Assembly: GCA_964437515.1 (NCBI GenBank)
Contig: CAYTHB010000005.1
Location: 3,814-67,813 of the forward strand
Reading direction: 5' to 3'
Source of the DNA: an uncultured Sterolibacterium sp.
GTDB taxonomy: Bacteria; Pseudomonadota; Gammaproteobacteria; Burkholderiales; Rhodocyclaceae
DNA: 64,000 nucleotides
In this document: in pieces, positions 26,739 through 36,835 of the stretch
How the letters are laid out: the number at the start of each line of letters is the position of its first letter
Position numbering within the stretch: the stretch's first letter is position 1
Notes under the pieces: model-generated
Told to the model about the DNA's origin: nothing
Seen by the model: only the letters and a program-made list of their open reading frames with translations
Database searches by the model: none
Position numbers and translations under genes: made by a program

Positions 26739-26754
26739 TGTGAATATACGCACA
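26739..26754. promoter_or_regulatory. CRP-like site TGTGA-N6-GCACA upstream of DUF1302 paralog 1
   Basis: TGTGAATATACGCACA, 9 of 10 consensus positions, about 130 nt upstream of the start at 26611. Confidence 0.3.
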
Positions 26755-26762
26755 CATTGTTG

Positions 26763-26792
26763 TCCGACATCGTCTTTTTGGACGATGTCGGA
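26763..26792 (-). terminator. 12-bp-stem hairpin between the two DUF1302/DUF1329 pairs
   Basis: TCCGACATCGTC-TTTTTG-GACGATGTCGGA, about 25 nt after the stop of DUF1329 paralog 2. No clear U-tract on the minus strand. Confidence 0.35.
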
Positions 26793-26815
26793 TCCACATC
26801 AGGAAAAAAATCGAA

Positions 26816-28225
26816 TCAACGCCCGATGGCCTTCATGTTTTCCACGGTGTAAAAGCTGGTCTTGTCATACGCCACCCCGGGTGGGTTGGTCAGGAAGTAC
26901 TTTGCCTTGCCCTGCGCCAGATCGAAGGCGGAGTAGGCGCCGAAATCCAGATCATGATAGAAGGCCGCTCCTGCATTGAACACATTGGCGCCTGGCGCAT
27001 AGTACAGATTCACCCAGTTGTATCGCCATAATTTGCCCCGGCTGTCGAAGTTGTCCGCCATGACGGATTGCCAGCTATCTTCGTCGATGAACAGCACGCG
27101 CCGACCATATAAATGGCGATGGCCTTCCTTGAGCGTGGCTTCCAGCACCCAGACGCGATGCAGTTCCCAGCGCACGAATTCGGGATTTTCATGCCCCGGC
27201 TTGAGTAGATGAGCGTAACGGTCTTCGCCCACCTCACGCGATTCCAGACGGAAACCGTTGTAGGGAATGTACATTTCCCGTTTGCCCAGGATTTTCCATT
27301 GATATCGGTCAGGCGGGCCGTTGAACATTCGCGCATCATCAACCATGACGGTGCCACCGGACGATTCGATGTTCTGGTCATAGCCATAGCCCGGTAGCTG
27401 ACGTACCCGACGAGTATCGGGACTGTAATACCAGCCTTGCCGTGGGCTGCTGGTGTAGTTGAAATGATCCGTTACCAGCTTGACCGTGCCTTTTTCGCGC
27501 TCGGGCAGCAGCGCCAGCCCCATGATGACGGATGAAGCCCCTTCGTAACGTGCACCGCGCAAACGCGGGTCGCTGACCCGCGAGTAGCCCCAGAGGATCT
27601 GCCAACCCCGCATGATCTTGCCACTGGGATAAACGAGTGCTGTATCGGTATCACGATAATCCCATGAGGCGCGCACTGGCAGCAGGCTGTTCCAGACGAG
27701 TTCGAGCCCGCTCTTGGGTATTGGGAAGGGCGCAGCGCCCATATAAGCATTCGCGACACCCATGCCATCCGAGGTCAGCTCGGCACTGCCGGCGTTCTGG
27801 AGCGAAATGCGACACATCGCATCGTCATAACGAAAATCACGATGTGAGGGATAGACATGCATCCGGAATGTGGATGGATATTTCTTGAACATCGCCAACT
27901 GCCCTTCAGATAGATGGCTGGCATATTTGGCGACATTCTGCGCCGTGATGGTCAATAGCGGTTTTTCGGCGGTATAGGGATTCTGAGGGTGCTTGCCCTG
28001 CTCTGCGGTCATGCCGGGGGCGGCACCGAGCCATTTGCCGGTGTATTCCGCCACGCCGGATGCGGTACCGGCCTTTTCTGCACCCAGACAGGTCAATGAT
28101 TTGCCCAGACGGGCGATTTCATCCGGTGTCGCCTTGGCCAGTGCTCCGCCAGCGACTGTCATGAATACGGCACCTGCACAGAAAAGCCGCTGGATGTGTG
28201 TGAAAACCCGAGTCTGTCTGTTCAT
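26816..28225 (-). CDS. DUF1329 family protein, paralog 2
   Basis: Start at MNRQTRVF with signal peptide ...GGALA. Same motif set as paralog 1 (YPSHRDFRYDD, RRVRQLPGYGYD, FVRWELHRVWVLEA) but much more diverged. Confidence 0.8.
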   Translation of the reverse strand: MNRQTRVFTHIQRLFCAGAVFMTVAGGALAKATPDEIARLGKSLTCLGAEKAGTASGVAEYTGKWLGAAPGMTAEQGKHPQNPYTAEKPLLTITAQNVAKYASHLSEGQLAMFKKYPSTFRMHVYPSHRDFRYDDAMCRISLQNAGSAELTSDGMGVANAYMGAAPFPIPKSGLELVWNSLLPVRASWDYRDTDTALVYPSGKIMRGWQILWGYSRVSDPRLRGARYEGASSVIMGLALLPEREKGTVKLVTDHFNYTSSPRQGWYYSPDTRRVRQLPGYGYDQNIESSGGTVMVDDARMFNGPPDRYQWKILGKREMYIPYNGFRLESREVGEDRYAHLLKPGHENPEFVRWELHRVWVLEATLKEGHRHLYGRRVLFIDEDSWQSVMADNFDSRGKLWRYNWVNLYYAPGANVFNAGAAFYHDLDFGAYSAFDLAQGKAKYFLTNPPGVAYDKTSFYTVENMKAIGR

Positions 28226-28260
28226 TTTGTTCTTTCTGTCCGGAATCAGTGCCGGCATCA

Positions 28261-29916
28261 TCAGAAGCGATAACTGGCGGTCAATGCCACAAAGTCGCGA
28301 TCAGTGAGTGTGCGGAAGCTGTGGTCACGCCAATCGGGTTTGCCGAGGAAATGTATCAGCTTGATCCCCAGTTCCAGATTCTGTTGATAGGAAAAAGTCA
28401 CCCCTACACCCAAACGACGGTCATTATCCCCCTGCAATCCCGAATTCCAGCCTTGTAGGGCGGGATTGCCGCGTAACTGGTGCATCCAGTCGAGCGGTAT
28501 GGACATGTCCCATCCCGAAAAGAGCTGGGGGTATTTCAGGGTCAGACCCATCGCGTAAGCCATCGTGTTTTTATCAAACTTCGGGGTCGCAGAGACTGAC
28601 GGCGCACCGCTATAGGCCGGAACATCAAAACCATTGAGGCTGCTGGTGACGACTTCGGCACTGGCTTGCGCGGTATCCACCCCCAGCACACCGCCCAGAA
28701 ACTCGGGGCCCCAGAGACGTATGGCGGAAAGCTGGGCATTGGTCACCCGACCGCGTGCCAACTGATAATGGCTATCCGCCATCATGATCGGCGCACCGTC
28801 GCGATACGCCAGCTCACCTGCTACATTGAACTCACCCAGTTTGGTGGAAAAACTCGTACCCACCAGATTGATGTCGTCCATATAGCGTGTGCGGAAGCTG
28901 GAGGGTGCCAGATTGGCAAGCATCGGAACGGAAACGGCGCCCTGTCCTAAAGATCCGAAGGTGCTGCCGTACTGGAATTCTGGCAGGCCGAGCAATTCGT
29001 GGTAGCGCAGGTAATACGCGCCGACATCCGTGGCTTCGGTGAGTTGGTATTTAAGCCCCACCCCCCACTGCCCACCCGCCTTGCGGCCTTCATCGGGCGC
29101 GCGCCAGGCACCGGTATTCATCCCGCTGCCAAATCGCATGAAATTGGCACCGGGGCCGACCAGATCGGTATAGCTGAAGTAACTACCCACCGGCATGACT
29201 TCTGATTCACGAAACGTCCATTTGCCATAGCCCATCAGGGTCATGCGTTCATTCACGCCCAGCGTGGCGGAGACTTGCTCGGAAGGAAGGAACATCTCCT
29301 TGATGGGCGTTCCGGGAATCTGCGCCTTGTAGCCGTCCTGCGGATTCATGGCACCGCCGATGCCCGTGAAATAAAGCCCTTCACCCCAGGCCACGACCTG
29401 TCGCCCGACACGCACCGTCAATGGAGAAGGCGCATCATCCGAGCCGACATTCCAGCGTCCCTGCACATAGGCATCGAGCAGACGGGTGCGTGAACCCACG
29501 AGATTTTTCACGCTCGATGTGTATTCGTTCGATGGCGTGGCTGCATTGAACGTGGCTTGTGAAGTGTTGGCATTGCTGCGATCCAGCGCGGCATCATAAA
29601 CGCTACTGAGCCGCACGAAGGCACGGTAATCCTGTTGGCGTAAATCGATATCCAGCAGCGCACCCAGGCGGTTGCTGATCGTGCCATGCCGACCCACGGT
29701 GCGGTTTCCGTCATCCCCGTTGATGGCCAGTGGGCTGGCGGTGTCGACCAGCACCGAAGCCGGGTTGTTCAGACGTTTCATGTGCGTCCATGACAGCTGT
29801 GCCGAGACATCCAGCACCATCTCGTTATCAAACGTCATGGGCTCGAATGCCCATGCGCTGCCTGACAACAAGGAAAACGACATTCCCATACTCAGCCACA
29901 TCGGCACAGGTCGCAT
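28261..29916 (-). CDS. DUF1302 family predicted outer-membrane beta-barrel protein, paralog 2
   Basis: Start at MRPVPMWLSMGMSFSLLSGSAWA. Upstream ORF codons are repeat copy 5. Ends ...ALTASYRF. Colinear with paralog 1. Confidence 0.8.
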   Translation of the reverse strand: MRPVPMWLSMGMSFSLLSGSAWAFEPMTFDNEMVLDVSAQLSWTHMKRLNNPASVLVDTASPLAINGDDGNRTVGRHGTISNRLGALLDIDLRQQDYRAFVRLSSVYDAALDRSNANTSQATFNAATPSNEYTSSVKNLVGSRTRLLDAYVQGRWNVGSDDAPSPLTVRVGRQVVAWGEGLYFTGIGGAMNPQDGYKAQIPGTPIKEMFLPSEQVSATLGVNERMTLMGYGKWTFRESEVMPVGSYFSYTDLVGPGANFMRFGSGMNTGAWRAPDEGRKAGGQWGVGLKYQLTEATDVGAYYLRYHELLGLPEFQYGSTFGSLGQGAVSVPMLANLAPSSFRTRYMDDINLVGTSFSTKLGEFNVAGELAYRDGAPIMMADSHYQLARGRVTNAQLSAIRLWGPEFLGGVLGVDTAQASAEVVTSSLNGFDVPAYSGAPSVSATPKFDKNTMAYAMGLTLKYPQLFSGWDMSIPLDWMHQLRGNPALQGWNSGLQGDNDRRLGVGVTFSYQQNLELGIKLIHFLGKPDWRDHSFRTLTDRDFVALTASYRF

Positions 29917-29978
29917 TCTGAAACGTCTTTTTTGATGAGTCGCTACTTCAAAATCCGGCACGGATGATTCCTTTGCAA

Positions 29979-30132
29979 TTAGCGTGAAACAACGAAAACG
30001 GAGTCTGGTTGAAGCTTCGAGCATAGCGAGCCAATCAGTAGCCGCCCCTTGAGGGGCGGATGGGTGGGGTGGGTGTCTAGGGTAACGATTATTTCATCCT
30101 CTGTGGGTGGAGACGGCTACCATGTACGTTAA
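29979..30132 (+). repeat. Interspersed ~154-nt structured element, copy 5 of 6 (most diverged)
   Basis: TTAG|CGTGAAACAACGAAAACGGAGTCTGGTTGAAGCTTCGAGC... ...GGAGACGGCTACCATGTACGTTAA. Confidence 0.88.
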
Positions 30133-30411
30133 TGAGCTTATCCCCACGGGGCTGGACGGGATTATGACGAACACATTGCATCATCCTCAGCAAGAATTCC
30201 CCATTACGGGTAAGGCCATGCCCCCAAAACATTCTTCATTCGACGCATCGGGCGACGGCACGCCCCTCGATGGTGTACCATGTATAGCTTTGTCACATTC
30301 GCGGCCTGAATAATGCGATAAGCGCATGATTATTCCATTTTTCATGACGTTTACAAGTGGTTTATCGAAAAATTCCACACTGACTATAAAATTTCAATCT
30401 GGGAGAACACC

Positions 30412-31545
30412 ATGGCTGACACCCCCGACCTGACTCAGGTCAAAACTTCAACGCGCGATCTCGGCGTGATTCAGCAAAAGCTGACCGCATGGATGGAAAA
30501 AACGCTCGGCGCAGGTTCAGCACCCGAACTATCGGAAGTGCGTAATCCGGGTACCGGGGGCATGTCCAGTGAAACCCTGCTGTTCGACATGCGCTGGAAA
30601 GAAAACGGTGTCGCCAAGTCTGGCTCTTTTGTCGGCCGCCTGCCGCCCGCCCCCGATGCGCATCCGGTGTTCCCAAAATATGATTTTCCGCTGCAAGTGG
30701 GCGTGATGCGTCTGGTCGAACAGCGCAGCAAAGTGCCTGTGCCCAAGGTGTTGTGGGACGAACCCAACGAAGCCGCACTAGGCATGCCCTTCTTCGTCAT
30801 GGCACGCGCCAGCGGCGAGCCGCTACCTGACCTGCCCCCCTATCCCTTCGGCGGTTGGTTGCTCGATGGCACGGCGGAGCAGCAGCAACAGTTGCAGAAC
30901 AACTGCGTGGCCATGATTGCCGGCATCCACGGCGTGAAAACCACCGCCGAAGAAGTCGCTTTCCTCATGCCCAAGCACACGAACGGCTCAATGATGCGGC
31001 GTATCGTCGATGACTGGAAGGACTACTACGACTGGGCGCGTGAAGGGCTGGATGTGCCGCTCATCACCGAAATGATGGCCTGGCTCGAAGCAAACTGGCC
31101 AGCCAGCGAAAGTGCATCGGTCATTAACTGGGGCGATGCACGGCCAGGCAACATCCTCTGGGAAAACTTTGAACCCAAGGCGGTGCTCGACTGGGAAATG
31201 GCGGTCTTCGGCCCGCGCGAAATGGACATCGCCTGGCTGATTTTCTTCCACAAGTATTTCCAGTACATCGCGCTGGGGCTAGGCTTCCCCGAAGCCCCGA
31301 TGCAAGGCTATATGACACGCGATGCCATCGTTGCCGAATACGAACGTCTGACCGGCGTGAAGCCACAGGACATCAACTGGTATCTGGGCTTCAGCGTGCT
31401 ACGCATGGCGATGTTCGATGTCAAAGTGAGCAAGCGTGCACTGCACTTCGGCGAGCGTCAACCGGAAGAAGATCCCAATAACTATCTGTTTACCCGCGAA
31501 ATCATCCGCACGATTTTGCGCGGCGAAGATCCGTGGAATTTCTGA
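30412..31545 (+). CDS. Phosphotransferase (APH/choline-kinase-like) family protein
   Basis: 377 aa. Kinase-like catalytic loop [13 protein letters not shown] and DWEMAV. Family commonly found next to acyl-CoA metabolism genes. Confidence 0.8.
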   Translation: MADTPDLTQVKTSTRDLGVIQQKLTAWMEKTLGAGSAPELSEVRNPGTGGMSSETLLFDMRWKENGVAKSGSFVGRLPPAPDAHPVFPKYDFPLQVGVMRLVEQRSKVPVPKVLWDEPNEAALGMPFFVMARASGEPLPDLPPYPFGGWLLDGTAEQQQQLQNNCVAMIAGIHGVKTTAEEVAFLMPKHTNGSMMRRIVDDWKDYYDWAREGLDVPLITEMMAWLEANWPASESASVINWGDARPGNILWENFEPKAVLDWEMAVFGPREMDIAWLIFFHKYFQYIALGLGFPEAPMQGYMTRDAIVAEYERLTGVKPQDINWYLGFSVLRMAMFDVKVSKRALHFGERQPEEDPNNYLFTREIIRTILRGEDPWNF

Positions 31546-31580
31546 ACAACAGACACACCAGAACCTGAAAGGTAAATCAA

Positions 31581-32363
31581 ATGGCATTCAAAGGAAAAGT
31601 GGCACTCGTCACCGGCGGCGCCAGCGGCATGGGGCAACTCGATGCCGTGCGGCTGGCCAAACAGGGCGCGAAAGTCGCCATTCTCGATCTCAACGATAAG
31701 GGCTTGCAGGAAACCGCCGCGCAGTCGTCCAACATCAAAGCGTACAAATGCGATGTCTCCGATCTGGAAAATGTCCGCCAGGTCATCGCACAAGTCGAAC
31801 AGGAGCTGGGACCCGTCGATCGTCTGGTGCATTGCGCCGCGATCATGCCCGGTCAGTCCCTCAAAGACATGCCCGCCGAGCTCATCAACAAGGTCATGGC
31901 GATCAACTATTTCGGCACGGTCAATCTCACCAAAGTATTGATGCCGCTGATGGAAAAGCGCGGTGGCGGCGACATCATCCTCTACGGCTCGATGGCCGGC
32001 TCAGTGCTCACCCATAACCTCGGCGCGTATTGCGCGACCAAGTCGGCGATCAACAGCTTTGCCGAGATTCTGGTGCGCGAAAACAAGCACAGTCCGATTC
32101 GTTTCCTGCTGGTCTGCCCACCGATGGTGAACACCCCGCTGGTCAGCCAGGCCACGGCGCATGGTCCGGAAAGTCTCAAGGATTCCGCCAAGACCGGCAA
32201 GAACATGGCTCAGCCGCAGGAAATTATCGATGCCGTCGAAGCCGCGCTCGATCGTGGCGACTGGGTGGTACGCCCGAAACCCGCCGGTTTTATGATGCTC
32301 TGGCGGCGTCTGTTCCCCGATTCGATGTGGTGGGTCATGGAAAAAGCCAACAAGGTGGCGTAA
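31581..32363 (+). CDS. Short-chain dehydrogenase/reductase (SDR)
   Basis: 260 aa. TGGASGMG cofactor motif and YCATKSA catalytic motif. Confidence 0.88.
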   Translation: MAFKGKVALVTGGASGMGQLDAVRLAKQGAKVAILDLNDKGLQETAAQSSNIKAYKCDVSDLENVRQVIAQVEQELGPVDRLVHCAAIMPGQSLKDMPAELINKVMAINYFGTVNLTKVLMPLMEKRGGGDIILYGSMAGSVLTHNLGAYCATKSAINSFAEILVRENKHSPIRFLLVCPPMVNTPLVSQATAHGPESLKDSAKTGKNMAQPQEIIDAVEAALDRGDWVVRPKPAGFMMLWRRLFPDSMWWVMEKANKVA

Positions 32364-32368
32364 AGTCA

Positions 32369-32522
32369 TTAACGTGAAGTACAAAAATCAGAGTCGGGTT
32401 GAAGATGTGAGCGTAGCGAGCAAACTAGTAGCCGCCCCTTGAGGGGCGGATGGGTGGGGTGGGCGTATCGGGTAACGATTATTTCATCCTCTGTGGGTGG
32501 AGATGGCTACCATGATCGTTAG
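32369..32522 (+). repeat. Interspersed ~154-nt structured element, copy 6 of 6
   Basis: TTAA|CGTGAAGTACAAAAATCAGAGTCGGGTTGAAGATGTGAGC... ...GGCTACCATGATCGTTAG. Begins 6 nt after the SDR stop. Confidence 0.9.
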
Positions 32523-32601
32523 CACGTGGCTCATGTCGGCTTGCATGGGTCACGGCAACAACACATCAACACATCGACAAGCCGCAAGGAAAGGAAACAG
32601 T

Positions 32602-32835
32602 ATGTCGTGCCCCAATCCTTATTCGCTGGAATGCCTGTTTGCCCAGCTCGGCCTGCCGTCGGAGCCTGAAGGGATCGAAAATTTCATTCGCGATCATCGC
32701 CCACTCGCCGATGACATCGCCATCTACCGCGCGCCTTTCTGGAATGTGTCGCAGAAAACCTTTTTGATCGAAGAGCTGATACGCGACGCCGATTGGGCGT
32801 TGGTCATCGATGAACTGAACCACCGTCTGCGCTGA
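32602..32835 (+). CDS. DUF2789-like small protein
   Basis: 77 aa from MSCPNPYSLECLFAQLGLPSEPEGIENFI...FWNVSQKTFLIEELIRDADWALVIDELN. The upstream part of ORF 32497 is repeat sequence. Confidence 0.6.
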   Translation: MSCPNPYSLECLFAQLGLPSEPEGIENFIRDHRPLADDIAIYRAPFWNVSQKTFLIEELIRDADWALVIDELNHRLR

Positions 32836-32868
32836 CGGCGGTTACAGTTTCATCTGTCCACTACGAAT

Positions 32869-34089
<1,221 letters not shown>

Positions 34090-34254
34090 TTACACGCATC
34101 TGCCGGTTCAGGCAATCCAATCAAGCTCAATGTTTCAATCCATCATCCTCATTCTGTTTGCTGCATTTCAGAAATCGCGTTAGGATTCCACTCTTACGCA
34201 CATGTCACGCATTTACACATTTGCATTTTATTTTTCACCCTCTGAGGAGCTGTC

Positions 34255-34575
34255 ATGAATGATATGGAATTGGCCGATGCCGTCACCAAGGAAAAACTGA
34301 TTGCCGACTTCAAGGTCGTCGTTGCCGATGCAGAAGAACTGCTCCGTGCCACGGCAGGTCAGGCCGGCGAAAAGATGGTGGAAATTCGCGCGCGTGCTCA
34401 AGAACATCTGGCCTCTGCCAAGGCCAAGCTGGCCGATGCCGAGGCCACGCTCATCGCCCGTGCGAAACAGGCTGGACGTGCTGCGGATGATTATGTGCAT
34501 GAAAACCCCTGGAGCTCCGTCGGCATTGCCGCAGGGGTCGGTTTCCTGATTGGCCTGCTGGTCGGCCGTCGTTGA
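34255..34575 (+). CDS. ElaB/YqjD/DUF883 family membrane-anchored stress protein
   Basis: 106 aa. Coiled-coil N-terminus plus C-terminal ENPWSSVGIAAGVGFLIGLLVGRR anchor. GAGGAG RBS upstream. Confidence 0.8.
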   Translation: MNDMELADAVTKEKLIADFKVVVADAEELLRATAGQAGEKMVEIRARAQEHLASAKAKLADAEATLIARAKQAGRAADDYVHENPWSSVGIAAGVGFLIGLLVGRR

Positions 34576-34598
34576 TCTGATCTTCTGCTTCAGGATTC

Positions 34599-35018
34599 AT
34601 GAACGCTGTATCGCCCGAAGCGGGGCTGTTCGCCTCGCTTCGAGGGCTTTTACTCACCCTGCTGACGCTTTTGCGCACGCGGGGTGAGTTGCTCGTCGTC
34701 GAACTCGAAGAAGAAAAGTCCCGCCTTTTTGAAACGCTGTTGCTGGGGGCAACGGCTTTCTTCTTCATCAGCTTTGGCCTCATCATGCTGGCCATTTTCT
34801 TGACGGTGCTCTTGTGGGAAAGCCATCGTCTGTTGGTGATGGGGCTATTCACCGCGCTGTTTCTGGGTATCGGCTTTGCAGCTCTAATCGGACTGCGTCA
34901 CCTGCTCCGGCAAGGAACGCGATTGTTCTCTGCCAGTCTGCGGGAGCTGGCTTCCGACGAGGATGTGCTACGTGCACAGCGTACCCAGCCTACCCAGCCC
35001 GAAGGCCATGGATACTGA
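34599..35018 (+). CDS. YqjE-like membrane protein (DUF1469 / phage-holin-3_6 superfamily)
   Basis: 139 aa. LLRTRGELLVVELEEEKSRL followed by two TM helices. Follows the elaB/yqjD-like gene as in the E. coli yqjDEK operon. Confidence 0.6.
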   Translation: MNAVSPEAGLFASLRGLLLTLLTLLRTRGELLVVELEEEKSRLFETLLLGATAFFFISFGLIMLAIFLTVLLWESHRLLVMGLFTALFLGIGFAALIGLRHLLRQGTRLFSASLRELASDEDVLRAQRTQPTQPEGHGY

Positions 35019-35298
35019 ACGCCGCCTCGAACTGGCATTGAGAAAACAGCAGTTATTGATGCAAAGTGCTGAATTGCGTGCGCGCATCGGTCAGCAAACG
35101 CACTCCTTACGTCTTTTGTTCGGTGCGGCCGATCGGGTGCGAGATGCCGCACGCTGGCTGAAACGTCACCCTGCCTTGCCCGTCGCAGTAATGACGGCCT
35201 TGCTGGTCGCACGTCCTCGTTCCATTCTGCGTTGGGCACGGCGCGGCTTATGGCTCTGGCGTATGACGGGGCGTGTGCGTCGCTTTCTTTTGGGATAA
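35008..35298 (+). CDS. YqjK-like protein
   Basis: Start at MDTERRLELALRKQQLLMQSAELR, overlapping the preceding stop. Third member of the yqjD-E-K-type operon. Confidence 0.5.
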   Translation: MDTERRLELALRKQQLLMQSAELRARIGQQTHSLRLLFGAADRVRDAARWLKRHPALPVAVMTALLVARPRSILRWARRGLWLWRMTGRVRRFLLG

Positions 35299-35309
35299 AC
35301 CAAATAACA

Positions 35310-36776
35310 TTACAACCCCAGGTTCAGATATTTCAGTTCGAGATACTCCTCGATGCCATATTTTGAACCTTCGCGCCCCATACCCGATTGCTTGATGCCG
35401 CCAAACGGTCCGGCTTCGTTGGACAGCGTAGTGCTGTTGATTCCCACCATGCCATAGTCCAGGGCTTCAGCGACACGCCAGACACGCGCCATGTCACGGC
35501 TGTAAAAATAAGCAGCGAGTCCATATTCCGTATCGTTGGCTAAACGAATCGCCTCGTCTTCCGACTCGAATCGCATGACGGGTGCCAAGGGCCCGAAGGT
35601 TTCTTCCCGCATACAGCGCATCGAAGGCGCGACATCCGCCAGCAGCGTCGGCTCAAAAAACTGTCCGCCCAGCGCATGATGTTGCTTATTTTTCCCCCCG
35701 CGCAGCAATCGCGCACCACCGGACAATGCATCCGTCACCTGAGCCGAGACTTTCTCGACGGCAACTCTGTCGATCAACGGCCCTACCGTCACGCCCTCAT
35801 CCATGCCATTGCCTACCTTGAGCTTGTCCATCGCGCTGTCCAGCCGCTTTGTGAAGGCTTCATACACCCCCGATTGCACCAGAAAGCGATTGGCACTGAT
35901 GCAGGTCTGACCGGCATTGCGAAACTTGCACTGCATCGCGCCTGTGACCGCTGCATCGAGATCCGCATCGTCAAAGACGATGAAAGGGGCGTGACCGCCA
36001 AGTTCCAATGAAATCCGTTTGAGTGTGGGCGCGCATTGCGCCATCAACAAGCGTCCAACCTCGGTCGAGCCGGTGAAAGAAAGTTTGCGCACGACGGGAT
36101 GAGCGGTGAGTGTCTGACCGATACGCGGGGCATGATCGGCACTGCCGGTCACGATATTGAGTACGCCAGACGGCAAGCCTGCCCGTTGCGCAAGCTCTGC
36201 CAGAGCCAGCGCGGTGAGCGGTGTCTGCTCAGCCGGCTTGACGATCACGGTGCAACCCGCTGCCAAGGCGGGGGCTACCTTGCGCGTGATCATGGCGGCG
36301 GGGAAGTTCCATGGGGTAATCGCCGCACATACGCCCACGGGTTGTTTCAACACCATCATCCGTTTTCCGGGCATCGGGCTGTCGATTACATCGCCACAAA
36401 TACGTCGGGCTTCCTCGGCATACCATTCGACAAAGCTCGCGGCATAGCTGATTTCGCCGCGCGCTTCTGCCAAAGGCTTGCCCTGCTCGGCCGTCATGAT
36501 GCGGGCAAGGTCATCGGCATGGCGTTCGATCAGCGCAAACCAGTCTCGCAAATAGCGTCCGCGTGCCTTGCCCGTCAGGGCACGCCATGCCGTCAAAGCC
36601 GATGCAGCAACGTCGATTGCGCGCTGCGTATCCCGCTCATCCATGTTGGCCACATCGGCAAGCCATTGACCATTTGCCGGATTGTGCACGGCATAGTGTG
36701 CGCCCGTTGCGGCATCGCACCAGGTGCCGCCGATCCAGCCTTGCTGGCGTAGCAAGGTTTTGTCCTGTAATTGCAT
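35310..36776 (-). CDS. gabD: NAD(P)+-dependent succinate-semialdehyde dehydrogenase
   Basis: Start at MQLQDKTLLRQQGWIGGTW. Aldehyde dehydrogenase motifs (ITPWNFP, LELGGHAPFIVF, FRNAGQTCISANR). Confidence 0.88.
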   Translation of the reverse strand: MQLQDKTLLRQQGWIGGTWCDAATGAHYAVHNPANGQWLADVANMDERDTQRAIDVAASALTAWRALTGKARGRYLRDWFALIERHADDLARIMTAEQGKPLAEARGEISYAASFVEWYAEEARRICGDVIDSPMPGKRMMVLKQPVGVCAAITPWNFPAAMITRKVAPALAAGCTVIVKPAEQTPLTALALAELAQRAGLPSGVLNIVTGSADHAPRIGQTLTAHPVVRKLSFTGSTEVGRLLMAQCAPTLKRISLELGGHAPFIVFDDADLDAAVTGAMQCKFRNAGQTCISANRFLVQSGVYEAFTKRLDSAMDKLKVGNGMDEGVTVGPLIDRVAVEKVSAQVTDALSGGARLLRGGKNKQHHALGGQFFEPTLLADVAPSMRCMREETFGPLAPVMRFESEDEAIRLANDTEYGLAAYFYSRDMARVWRVAEALDYGMVGINSTTLSNEAGPFGGIKQSGMGREGSKYGIEEYLELKYLNLGL

Positions 36777-36835
36777 GGTGTTTCCTTCTGTATTTCGTCG
36801 ATGATGTTTCATCGATCCAGACACAATAGTCTGCC

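Noticed and set aside
29979-29995. parS-like sequence: the left end of the repeat element reads (A/G)CGTGAAA(T)ACA, resembling one arm of the parS palindrome TGTTNCACGTGAAACA, in a window that encodes ParAB.
   Set aside because: Only a half-site is present in every copy and the complementary arm is missing. I saw no full 16-mer anywhere in the window by eye, so it is not reported as a centromere site.
34599-35018. Phage holin (possible prophage lysis gene).
   Set aside because: It sits in a yqjD/elaB-yqjE-yqjK-type stress operon with no phage genes nearby. The holin-superfamily resemblance of YqjE-like proteins is a known annotation artefact.
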